Assembly: GCF_964355755.1 (NCBI RefSeq)
Contig: NC_092674.1
Location: forward strand, 496,001-560,000
Direction of reading: 5' to 3'
DNA length: 64,000 nt
Origin: Antedon mediterranea
Lineage: Eukaryota; Animalia; Echinodermata
The notes below the pieces were generated by a model. The model had not been told where the DNA came from, ran no database searches, and saw nothing but the letters and a program-made list of their open reading frames with translations. Positions 37,846 to 48,488 of the stretch are shown one piece after another. Positions within the stretch are counted from its first letter, which is position 1; each line of letters starts with the position of its first letter. The translations under genes and the position numbers were made by a program.

Positions 37846-38730
37846 CTATTCTTCAAACGGTACAATTCGTTGATTTCCTCGTTGACAGATACCAATATTG
37901 CGAATCTGGTCATTAAACGCTTTTCGAAAGTCTGAAAGATGAAACCAATATATAACCGGATTCACTAGCGAGTTTATAACCATACCCACATAAGTTATGC
38001 TAAAACTGAAATGCAGTATTGTTGTATTTGATTCCCAATCAAGTATTTTGTACAGCACTGAAACAGCCGTAAATGGTAACCATGTTAGGACAAATACTCC
38101 TATAATTATACAAAATGCTTTGAAAAGACGGTTGAATTCGTCGATATCGTTTGAAAAAGACTGTATGTTTGAACGTTGATGTCGAAGTTTTCTGTAGATA
38201 TTTACATATAAATATATTGTGATAAATATTGGTGAAAATGAAGTAATAAGGAGTATAAAAATAAGTGATTTAAGGTTTAAGAGATACGCAAAAATCATGG
38301 TTCCGAACGACAATATTACAATCAAACAACACGTAATGATATAGCGTCGGGTTGTGGCAATAGAACCATACTTTAAAGGTGCCCATACAAGGGCTATTGA
38401 ACGATCAACAGCAATTGCCGAAATTGTTACTATAGACGCTAGCATTATAGCATCACATAGGCACATCAATGATAATGATACATTCGTGTAATAGCCCATC
38501 GTAAAGAAGTTAGGAACCATAAATATGCTCATTAAAGCGTCTAAAATCGCCAGTAGACCTATAAAAACATGTCGCACTTTTTGCAAACGCCTGTTTAAAA
38601 AAATGAGTATCACAACCAAAGTGTTTGCTAAAAATGACAAAGTACACAGTACGGAAAGAATCACTGGTATGAAGATAGTGTAAAAAAAACTTGAATAAGC
38701 TTCGAACGAACTAGTATTACTGCAATCCAT
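37846..38730 (-). CDS. Intronless class A GPCR, copy 2, 294 aa
   Basis: 7TM, LAILD, DRS, TWLP, NSLVNPVIYW. Confidence 0.93.
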   Translation of the reverse strand: MDCSNTSSFEAYSSFFYTIFIPVILSVLCTLSFLANTLVVILIFLNRRLQKVRHVFIGLLAILDALMSIFMVPNFFTMGYYTNVSLSLMCLCDAIMLASIVTISAIAVDRSIALVWAPLKYGSIATTRRYIITCCLIVILSFGTMIFAYLLNLKSLIFILLITSFSPIFITIYLYVNIYRKLRHQRSNIQSFSNDIDEFNRLFKAFCIIIGVFVLTWLPFTAVSVLYKILDWESNTTILHFSFSITYVGMVINSLVNPVIYWFHLSDFRKAFNDQIRNIGICQRGNQRIVPFEE

Positions 38731-39658
38731 TTTCAGTTTCGCTTTCTGTTTTTGAATATACAGTTGTAAAAAGTTTCTCTTTATCTTCCAAGCACTTGTT
38801 CAGTTGTGTGCTCGCCGCCGGAGAGATATTACATTAAGTTATACAGATCCAGACGTTTTCATCAAATTCATTTTTTTAAACTGAGGATTATGTTTAAATT
38901 ATGAGTGACATGTCGGATATTAAAATCAATACGTACAACTTACAATCCACGGACACTCTGTACTGTCTCAGATATGCACGCTATGCATCTTTCAACAAAC
39001 AATTGTTGCAAGTTTCCATTTTGTTAGTTTCAACACAACACTAAAAGTACGATACTACACGTTTTAGAACTGTCAATAGTTATTTCGTCACAATAGTAGG
39101 TCTACAGAATATCCAACTTCTCATGAACCGGTAAAATGGTGATGTTGCAGTCTGTCAGATGTACCTAAGTCATTTGACTTTACTGAAATACTTTCTTAAA
39201 TTATTACTTAATTAATACAGATCATTTCCTTGTGGGATCCACAGCACAATGTAGAACGATGATTCTGCTGAGCTTAACGAACACCACGGTAATTTGAAAG
39301 GTTCGTAAATACATTCTGTTTACATCTCTAAACTTACTTGCACGAAATCGTATTCTTTTTTGCAAACTCTGACCGATTTGTGGGTCATCAAAATCAATAT
39401 CTGTAAATTATCTAGGCCCTACCTATTATTTCAGGTTTTCACCAATTCCATCATATATGAGGTTCCTATGGCAACACATTAGAGAACAATTTAAAAGCGC
39501 GTTTAAATCCTGATAAAAACGACACGGCTTATTTACGCGTGTCACGTCATTAAGCTAACTTCATTTTAATAATAGTCCACAAAATGCCCTTTAAATCTAT
39601 CTAACAAGACATAATTTATTAAATTAAAGAAAAAGTGAATTACCAATTACTATAGTAA

Positions 39659-40546
39659 CTATTTTACAAACGGTACAATTCGTTTATTTCCTCGTTGACA
39701 TATACCAATATTGCGAATCTGGTCATTAAACGCTTTTCGAAAGTCTGAAAGATGGAACCAATAAATAACCGGATTCACGAGCGAGTTTATAACCATACCC
39801 ACATAAGTTATGCCAAAACTGAAACTTAGCATTTTTGTTTGTGATTCACAATCAAGAAAAGCGTATAGCACTGAAACAGCCGTAAATGGTAACCATGTTA
39901 GGACAAATACTCCTATAATTATACAAAATGCTTTGAAAAGACGGTTGAATTCGTCGATATCGTTTGAAAAAGACTGTATGTTTGAACGTTGATGTCGAAG
40001 TTTTCTGTAGATATTTACGTATAAATATACTGTGGTAAAAATTAGTGAAAACGAAGTAATGCTGAATATAACAGGGAGTGCTTTAAGGTCATTATCTGAT
40101 ACATATACTACAGCCATGAATACGAATGACAATATTACAATCAAACAACACGTAATGATATAGCGTCGGGTTGTGGCAATAGAACCGTACTTTAAAGGTG
40201 CCCATACAAGGGCTATAGAACGATCAACAGCAATTGCCGAAATTGTTACTATAGAGGCTAGCATCATAACATCACATAAGTACACCAATGGTAATACAGT
40301 CGTGTAATAGATCATCGTAAAGAAGTTAGGAACCATAAATATGCTAATTAAAGCGTCTAAAATCGCCAGTAGACCTATAAAAACATGTCGCAGTTTTTGC
40401 AAACGCCTGTTTAAAAAAATGAGTATCACAACCAAAGTGTTTGCTAAAAATGACAAAGTACACAGTACGGAAAGAATCACTGATGTGAAGATAGTGTACA
40501 AAAAACCTGAATAAGCTTCGTACGAACTAGTATAATTGCAATCCAT
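39659..40546 (-). CDS. Intronless class A GPCR, copy 3, 295 aa
   Basis: 7TM, LAILD, DRS, TWLP, NPVIYW. Part of a tandem duplication with a unit of about 1.81 kb. Confidence 0.93.
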   Translation of the reverse strand: MDCNYTSSYEAYSGFLYTIFTSVILSVLCTLSFLANTLVVILIFLNRRLQKLRHVFIGLLAILDALISIFMVPNFFTMIYYTTVLPLVYLCDVMMLASIVTISAIAVDRSIALVWAPLKYGSIATTRRYIITCCLIVILSFVFMAVVYVSDNDLKALPVIFSITSFSLIFTTVYLYVNIYRKLRHQRSNIQSFSNDIDEFNRLFKAFCIIIGVFVLTWLPFTAVSVLYAFLDCESQTKMLSFSFGITYVGMVINSLVNPVIYWFHLSDFRKAFNDQIRNIGICQRGNKRIVPFVK

Positions 40547-41469
40547 TTTCAGTTTCGCCTTCTATTTTTGAATCTACAGTTGTAAAAAGTTCCTCTTTAT
40601 CTTCCAAGCACTTGTTGAGTTGTGTGCTCGCCGGAGAGATATTACATTAAGTTATAAAGATCCAGGCGTTTTCATCAAATTCATTTTTTAAACCGAGGAT
40701 CATGTTTAAATTATGAGTGACATGTCTGATATTAAAATCAATACGTACAACTTACAATCCACGGACACTCTGTACTGTCTCAGATATGCACGCTATGCAT
40801 CTTTCAACAAACAATTGTTGCAAGTTTCCATTTTGTTAGTTTCAACACAAAACTAAAAGTACGATACTACACGTTTTAGAACTGTCAATAGTTATTTCGT
40901 GACAATAGTAGGCCTACAGAATATCCAACTTCTCATGAACCGGTAAAATGGTGATGTTGCAGTCTGTCAGATGTACCTAAGTCATTTGATTTTACTGAAA
41001 TACTTTCTTAAGTTATTACTTAATTAATACAGATCATTTCCTTTCTGGGATCCACGGCACAAAGTAGAACGATGATTCTGCTGAGATTAACGAACATGGT
41101 AATTTGAAAGGTTCGTAAATACATTCTGCTTACATCTGCAACCTTACTTGCACGCAATCCTACATTTTTTTATCAGATTCTGACCGATTTGTGGGTTATC
41201 AAAATCAATATCTGTAAATTATCTAGGCCCTACCTATTTTTTCAGGTTTGCATCAATTGCATCATATATGAGGCTCCTATGGCAACACATTAGAGAACAA
41301 TTTAAAAGCGCGTTTAAATCCTGATAAAAACGACATAGCTTATTTACGCGTGTGAGGTCATTAAGCTAATTTCATTTTAATAATAGTCCACAAAATGCCC
41401 TTTAAATCTATCTAACAAGACATAATTTATTAAATTAAAGAAACTGTGAATTACCAATTACTATAGTAA

Positions 41470-42357
41470 CTATTTTACAAACGGTACAATTCGTTTATTT
41501 CCTCGTTGACAGATACCAATATTGCGAATCTGGTCATTAAACGCTTTTCGAAAGTCTGAAAGATGGAACCAATAAATAACCGGATTCACGAGCGAGTTTA
41601 TAACCATACCCACATAAGTTATGCCAAAACTGAAACTTAGCATTTTTGTTTGTGATTCACAATCAAGAAAAGCGTATAGCGCTGAAACAGCCGTAAATGG
41701 TAACCATGTTAGGACAAATACTCCTATAATTATACAAAATGCTTTGAAAAGACGGTTGAATTCGTCGATATCGTTTGAAAAAGACTGTATGTTTGAACGT
41801 TGATGTCGAAGTTTTCTGTAGATATTTACGTATAAATATACTGTGATAAAAATTAGTGAAAACGAAGTAATGCTGAATATAACAAGGAGTGCTTTAAGGT
41901 CATTATCTGATACATATACTACAGCCATGAATACGAATGACAATATTACAATCAAACAACACGTAATGATATAGCGTCGGGTTGTGGCAATAGAACCATA
42001 CTTTAAAGGTGCCCATACAAGGGCTATTGAACAATCAACAGCAATTGCCGAAATTGTTACGATAGACGCTAGCATCATAACATCACATAAGTACATCAAT
42101 GGTAATACAGTCGTGTAATAGATCATCGTCAAGAAGTTAGGAACCATAAATATGCTAATTAATGTGTCTAAAATCGCAAGTAGACCTATAAAAACATGTC
42201 GCACTTCCTGCAAACGCCTGTTAAAAAAAATGAGTATCACAACCAAAGTGTTTGCTAAAAATGACAAAGTACACAGTACGGAAAGAATCACTGGCATGAA
42301 GATATTGTAGAAAAAACCTGAATAAGCTTCGTACGAACTAGTATAATTGCAATCCAT
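41470..42357 (-). CDS. Intronless class A GPCR, copy 4, 295 aa, DCS in place of DRS
   Basis: Near-identical to copy 3; codon 42033-42031 is TGT instead of CGT. Confidence 0.9.
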   Translation of the reverse strand: MDCNYTSSYEAYSGFFYNIFMPVILSVLCTLSFLANTLVVILIFFNRRLQEVRHVFIGLLAILDTLISIFMVPNFLTMIYYTTVLPLMYLCDVMMLASIVTISAIAVDCSIALVWAPLKYGSIATTRRYIITCCLIVILSFVFMAVVYVSDNDLKALLVIFSITSFSLIFITVYLYVNIYRKLRHQRSNIQSFSNDIDEFNRLFKAFCIIIGVFVLTWLPFTAVSALYAFLDCESQTKMLSFSFGITYVGMVINSLVNPVIYWFHLSDFRKAFNDQIRNIGICQRGNKRIVPFVK

Positions 42358-42765
42358 TTTCAGTTTCGCCTTCTATTTTTTAATATATATATAAATTTGA
42401 ATATAATATATTTGTTCCTCTTTATCTTCAAAGCACTTTTTCAGTAGTGTACACGCGCTGGGAGATTTTGAAATTAGAGTGACATGTCACTCATAATTTT
42501 GAAATCAAATATTAAAATCAATACTATAACACTTACAAAACGAAAATGATACTGTCTCAGGCATCTTATTACAATAACAATTATTGAATAATAAAGATGG
42601 TACATGCTTATTACAATAACAATTATTCAATAATAAAGATGGTACCTGTGATGCTTTATTTGATATAAGAAATAATCAATATGTATGACATGACAAAATA
42701 TGTATGACATCATACTTAATTCCACATTAACCCAATTGACATAAGATAAATCACTAAATGTAATT

Positions 42766-42930
42766 TACCTTTCATCTGTTTCGGCGCGGTTCCAATCCGG
42801 CGCGCCGGCAAATCAACAACGTCAATGTGTCGTTTTGCTACGCGCATATCGATAGACAGGAGCCCCGTGGAGCATCGTGATTTGCCGGCGACGGAACGGA
42901 ACCGGAACCGTGCCGGAGCTTTGAAAGACC
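42766..42930. mobile_element. GC-rich hairpin MITE
   Basis: Nested inverted pairs CTTTCA/TGAAAG, TCGGCGCGGTTCC/GGAACCGTGCCGG and CGCCGGCAAATCA/TGATTTGCCGGCG. Confidence 0.6.
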
Positions 42931-43458
42931 CCTCCATGCTTCACCTGGATGAATGACAAACGTAAACCCAATTCTGTTCTGTTATCTACTGTCAACTCAA
43001 TATCCCAAATACATGCCACAGTTCCTCGGCCCATCAGCCGGTTCGCCTAACACTAGTAAATTATTGCAAAGTACTAGACGCACACCAACCGTTTTTTCTT
43101 TTTAATTTAAAAGTTTGATTGTAAATTTGTCTCTCAATTTCATATTCGTGTCCATGTGCGTAAACTTCGTATTATTTGTTACAGTTTTCTCGTGTCAACG
43201 TATGTAAAACGGTATTTTTTGTCGGGTTGCTCATTTATTCATTTATATAATAATTTAGTTCAAATGTTTCCTTATATCGATATTTTTAGTTGTAATACTT
43301 CTGTCTTTAATGTCATTTGTAATAATTACATGAACCTGTTTGTTTTCCTTGTTCTTTTTTATGTAAATCACATGTATATTTAATGGCGATCCTGTATTGG
43401 TGTTTTTTTTTATACACTGTTGGATCTTAAATAAATAAATACATATTTTTTAATATCA

Positions 43459-44337
43459 TTATCTATTAAACAATGGTACAATTTTGTAAAAAGTGTGACG
43501 TAATGCTTTCCTGAAATCTGAAAGATGAAGCCAGTAAAGAAAAGGATTTGCAATCGAATTTGTAACAGTGAATACATAACATGAAAGTGTAATTAAAGAT
43601 AATATTCTAGAAAACTCTGAACAGTCTATGAAATACACTGCAGCACCAAGAGCCACGATTGGTCCCCAAGATATTATAAAAATACCTAATATGATGCTGA
43701 ATGTTTTTAGTATCTTTTTAAATTCTGCAATGTCATTCGCAGTTATCGGCTGACTCGAACGTTGCTGCTGAAGCCCTTTGTATATATTTACGTATAACAT
43801 TACCGTTATTATTATTACTATAAATATCATAATAGTATGTAAAAATAATATTGTTAAGTCATTTTGGTTTTTGACGTTGAGTATGCTTATATAGATTACT
43901 GGCATCACAACAATGAGAACACACGCAAAAAGATAACGACGCGTTGTTGAGATCACGTGGTACTTTAAAGGTGCCCAAATGAGCGCGATCGAACGATCTA
44001 CGGCGATAGCACTGATGGCTAGCGTAGAAGACAATAACAATCCCTCAGTTATCGAACTTAATACTGCATGTAACATTACTTTAGACGGTAAATATATTAT
44101 ACATGCTGACGTCGGCAACATCGATATGCTAGAGCATGCATCTATTACAGCTAATAAACCAATAAATATTGTTTTTGTTCTTCGTAATCGCTTGTTGGTA
44201 AAGAATAACATTATAACAAGTAGATTTGCTAAAAACGAAATTGGACAAATAATTGATATAACAATCATTATCGCCTTTTTATCAGAAATACTCATTCTAT
44301 CCCAAAATTCAGTATGATTGCTGTTGCAACTTTCCAT
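43459..44337 (-). CDS. Intronless class A GPCR, copy 5, 292 aa
   Basis: 7TM, LAVID, DRS, SWGP, NSIANPFLYW. Confidence 0.92.
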   Translation of the reverse strand: MESCNSNHTEFWDRMSISDKKAIMIVISIICPISFLANLLVIMLFFTNKRLRRTKTIFIGLLAVIDACSSISMLPTSACIIYLPSKVMLHAVLSSITEGLLLSSTLAISAIAVDRSIALIWAPLKYHVISTTRRYLFACVLIVVMPVIYISILNVKNQNDLTILFLHTIMIFIVIIITVMLYVNIYKGLQQQRSSQPITANDIAEFKKILKTFSIILGIFIISWGPIVALGAAVYFIDCSEFSRILSLITLSCYVFTVTNSIANPFLYWLHLSDFRKALRHTFYKIVPLFNR

Positions 44338-44844
44338 TTTGTTAGTTTCAACACAACACTAAAAGTACGATAGTTTTAGAACTGTCAATAGTTATTTCGT
44401 GACAATAGTAGGCCTACAGAATATCCAACTTCTCATGAACCGGTAAAATGGTGATGTTGCAGTCTGTCAGATGTACCTAAGTCATTTGACTTTACTGAAA
44501 TACCTTCTTAAGTTATTACTTAATTAATACAGATCATTTCCTTTGTGGGATCCACAGCACAATGTAGAACGCTGATTCTGCTGAGATTAACGAACATGGT
44601 AATTTGAAAGGTTCGTATAAATACTTCATTCTGTTGACATCTCCAACCTTAATTTCATGTCATTTTCATTTGATTGGAGTTGATGGATTGGTCAATTAGT
44701 AATTCACATCGTATTACATTGTTGACATGGACAACGTATTAATTATTCGTAAATTGTCTTGATGCATATTATGAGTTCTTGTTGCAATCGCCTTAGACAC
44801 GCGTGCGTAGTATTGATCAGTGGGGATTGACACGATGGGAGGCC

Positions 44845-44975
44845 TAAAGCCTAGAACGCAACGCAAAGACGTAAGCACAACGTAAGTCATTTTACCAATC
44901 ACAAGCGATGGATTATTCGAACTTGTCATTGCTCGTTTGCGTTGCGTCTACGTCTTTGCGTTGCGTCTACGTCCT
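44845..44975. mobile_element. MITE family B copy
   Basis: ACGCAACGCAAAGACGTA...TACGTCTTTGCGTTGCGT inverted ends. Confidence 0.55.
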
Positions 44976-45048
44976 AAAATAAGTTCCAAATTACAATCAA
45001 GTAATTATTTTAAACACGAGTAACGTATAAAACGACTAGTCATATATT

Positions 45049-45945
45049 TTATGAAACAGGTTGAATTCGTCTGTCGTTGGTCTTACAACACATTACTTTC
45101 TTAAAAAATTGGTTTTTCAAAGATTTTCGAAATTCGGATAAATGTATCCAATAAATTACAGGATTTGCAAGGGAATTCAAAAGCATCAGCACATATGCCA
45201 TCTCATCGATCATTAGAATTATTGTTGGTATTTTAGAACAGTTTGCAAAATACGTCACGAGGTAAGCCACTGAACTCGTACCCATTGTTATAATAAATAC
45301 AAATACTATTGTACTGAATGTCTTTAATACTTGTCTGAAATCATTGATTTCGTTTGATGATATTGTACCTACATTGACCCGATGTTTCTTAAGTTGTTTA
45401 TATATGTTGATATACAACAATGTGGTGAATATTTCTGTTAGGATAACCATGATACAGCATGCAGCAAGTGCCGTAGTCCAGTCGAATACGGTAGTGAGTA
45501 AAACGCGAAATATAGACGGTACTATCACGATGAAGGCACTTGCTATCATGTAACGTCTAGTAGTGACAACCACATAGTACCTCATAGGTGCCCATATAAG
45601 AGCAATTGAACGGTCGATGCCAATAGCAGCTATTACCAAAGAAGACGAGTGAAGTAACCCATCGGTAAAACAAAAAAAGAACGTATCAATGCGCTCATCT
45701 TCAATTTGGAGTGTAATAGCAAGAAGTATGAACACGCTTCCAGTTGCGTCGACAACGGCTAACAAGCAAGTAAAAATGTTCTTTGATTTCCTCAAAGTCT
45801 TATTTGTCATGAACAACATCACCACCATTGCATTCAAAGTGAAAGAAAGTACACCTAGAAAAAATGTTAAAATATCTATCTTCAGTGCTGATGATTTCTC
45901 CCATGATTCTTCCCACTCGTCTGAGCCATTAAAACAATTTTCCAT
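45049..45945 (-). CDS. Intronless class A GPCR, copy 6, 298 aa from the first ATG (MENCF)
   Basis: The ORF track starts at a TTG (45972); the first ATG at 45945 aligns with the MESC/MDC starts of the paralogs. LAVVD, DRS, NSLANPVIYW; the TM6 W-x-P motif is replaced by TMGT. Confidence 0.9.
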   Translation of the reverse strand: MENCFNGSDEWEESWEKSSALKIDILTFFLGVLSFTLNAMVVMLFMTNKTLRKSKNIFTCLLAVVDATGSVFILLAITLQIEDERIDTFFFCFTDGLLHSSSLVIAAIGIDRSIALIWAPMRYYVVVTTRRYMIASAFIVIVPSIFRVLLTTVFDWTTALAACCIMVILTEIFTTLLYINIYKQLKKHRVNVGTISSNEINDFRQVLKTFSTIVFVFIITMGTSSVAYLVTYFANCSKIPTIILMIDEMAYVLMLLNSLANPVIYWIHLSEFRKSLKNQFFKKVMCCKTNDRRIQPVS

Positions 45946-48488
45946 TTTTCCAAAGCAACAGCAACAATTCAAACATTCGTCTATAACGACTGTAATGTAC
46001 TTTGTTACATATCAAGGCGTGTGTATGCCAAATGATCCAAGAAGGAACGACCCTGTAGATGTACAACCTAAGATTAGAATGCTTCAATACCATTCTTTAG
46101 ACAATCCGCCAACGATTTGGACCGACATTCGATCGACTACTTGTGTCACAATCTCACAAACTGACAAATTACATCAGCTACTAAACTATGTCCCTATTAT
46201 TATATAATTTGATTTAATGAACTAGATCATTGTTAATGGTTACACTAATTTGATTTAGTTTTTATTTGTCGAATTACTGTTATTTGTTTGTGATAAATGA
46301 AATAAGTTGTCATGGTTATCAATAATCAACGGACTATAAAGTAATGTTGCTTTTCTACTTGACAACAAGTTTCGACAGAATACCACTTTAACGATCAAAT
46401 ACATGATAATTTAATATATGTGAATTAGTTGTAAGAAGGAAAACTCTTTTATCTCTACTATGCAATCGATATAAATCAGATGATAACAATACATCCATCA
46501 GTGTAAGATTTAGACCTTCCTAATTTAAAAAGGATTTGTAAAGTTTGTAACAATAATTTAGTAGAAAACGAGTTTCATTTTTTGTTCTTTATATATCATT
46601 TTAAGAAAACAATTACAATTACTTCCATCTTTTTACTCACTAGGCGCATACTGTTGAAACATTTATTTTATCAATGTCAAGTAAAAAAGGAAAACACATA
46701 TTATTTTAACCTTGCTAAGTCCATTGCTTATAAAAATAGAAAGCATTATTTAACGCACACATACATTTATTTTATTGTTATTATTTATACTGCTGTACTG
46801 GGTTCAATGGCCAAATGTATATAAAAAAAGTTCCATTATAATTTCTAATCTACATGTAGTCAAATTGCCATTATTGACTTTTCTTCAAGTAACATTTTTC
46901 TAATTGGTGAAAGGTTTTGGAAGTTGGATCTGCTCAAACTCGGATCAGTCTTAACATTTCAATAAAGTTCCTATGGTAGAGAATAATTCCGCCCTCAATT
47001 TTATATCTCTCTTTGTTCCCACAACAAACACAACACTTGATTGAATAGAAGGCGACGGTTAGAGTTCGGTTTATTGTGCTCTGTGTTCCACGTTTAACGG
47101 AAGTGTGTGAATTGTGAATCACTTTATGTACGCGCAGCCTTCAGGTGTGCGCATATCATCACTGTGTGGACGCAGGTTGTGTATATGTGCACAGATCATC
47201 TTGTAAATACAGATGTTGGTGCACATATCATCGAATAACTGCTAAATTCTATGGACATTCATAAATCAAAGGATCAAATTCAAAACGCTTTCGTAAAACC
47301 GTTGCGTTAGCCTTATTGCTGCGATCAATTCTTGGTGATCATAACAGGTAGGATCCTAGGTCTAAACATTTTTTTTTATTTGAGAAATACAAGAACATCT
47401 TTGGGATATAATAAATAAATATTAAGCAAATTTAATTACAATACTGTATAACCACCATAGCTTAAAATAAAACAATTAATTAAATTAAGGATACCCAAGG
47501 TGATTTCTTTGTGATGGTCATCAAGTCAGACTATACTTTTCCTAATTTAAGACATACACTGAAAATATATTTTGTTTATGTTATTGTGAGAAAAAACAAA
47601 AAAGATTTGTAGTCGTGGTTGTTTTTAATTAATGTATTTTCTTACTTTTAATTATTTGTTATTTTTCTGTTCTCTATCTCTTGGCAGGTTTAATAACAAT
47701 GTCTCTCCATTTGTTTTGTCATAAGCTCTTGTTCCATGTTGTAATTTCTTTTCCTTCAGTCATTTAGTAAATATTAATATGTTTACTCCCTTCGATTCTT
47801 CCTTCTATAATCTCTTCAATCTTCTGTTACATGGCCTATCCTTCTTTTTTACTTTAATATTAAATAAAAATGTCTGTTCTTTTCGCTCTCTGTAGTTATT
47901 GTTGCTGTAACAACTTTTTCTCCCTACCTCCAGTACCTGGTGGTTTCTTGTCCCTAGCTACCCTTTTTATTTATTTTCCTATAAAATAACCCGCATCCTA
48001 AAATAAATCATCATCAAAGAATGTTTCCTTTTCTCAATAGTCGTCTCACAGTACGGAAGAGAGAGTTTAGAGAAAAGAATTACAGAGTTAGAATTTAGAA
48101 AGAATGCAATGTAATATAGATTAGAGTTTTGTAGAATTTAAAATTGTTATTATTGTGCTATATCCAGAGAAGCAGTCTGTATTACATATTATATTAATAT
48201 TGAATAAAGACTGTTCGTGGAAAACCATAATTCTATGCTGGTTTTGTATTTAATTTATATTGTACTAATCAATGTATAATCCTGCCACAAGACTATATAG
48301 GAAATAACCAATAAGGGGACTAACATCATACGGACACCCTACGATTACAAGTTCTCTACACCAATTTCACAAAGATTACATTTTACTATACGTAAGAAAC
48401 AAAAACTGTCACAATCAGTTCCGATAGGGAGTGGAATATTCAAATTCAGGGACAAATGGCTTCCTAGCTCTAACAGTAGACCTATTAT

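Noticed and set aside
46048-46062. ACCCTGTAGAT resembling the 5' end of miR-10
   Set aside because: Only 11 nt match and there is no complementary arm for a precursor hairpin.
36342-46207. Plus-strand ORFs overlapping the GPCRs (36342, 37997, 39810, 41621, 43979, 45344, 45689)
   Set aside because: Antisense shadows of the receptor genes. Their repetition reflects the gene duplications.
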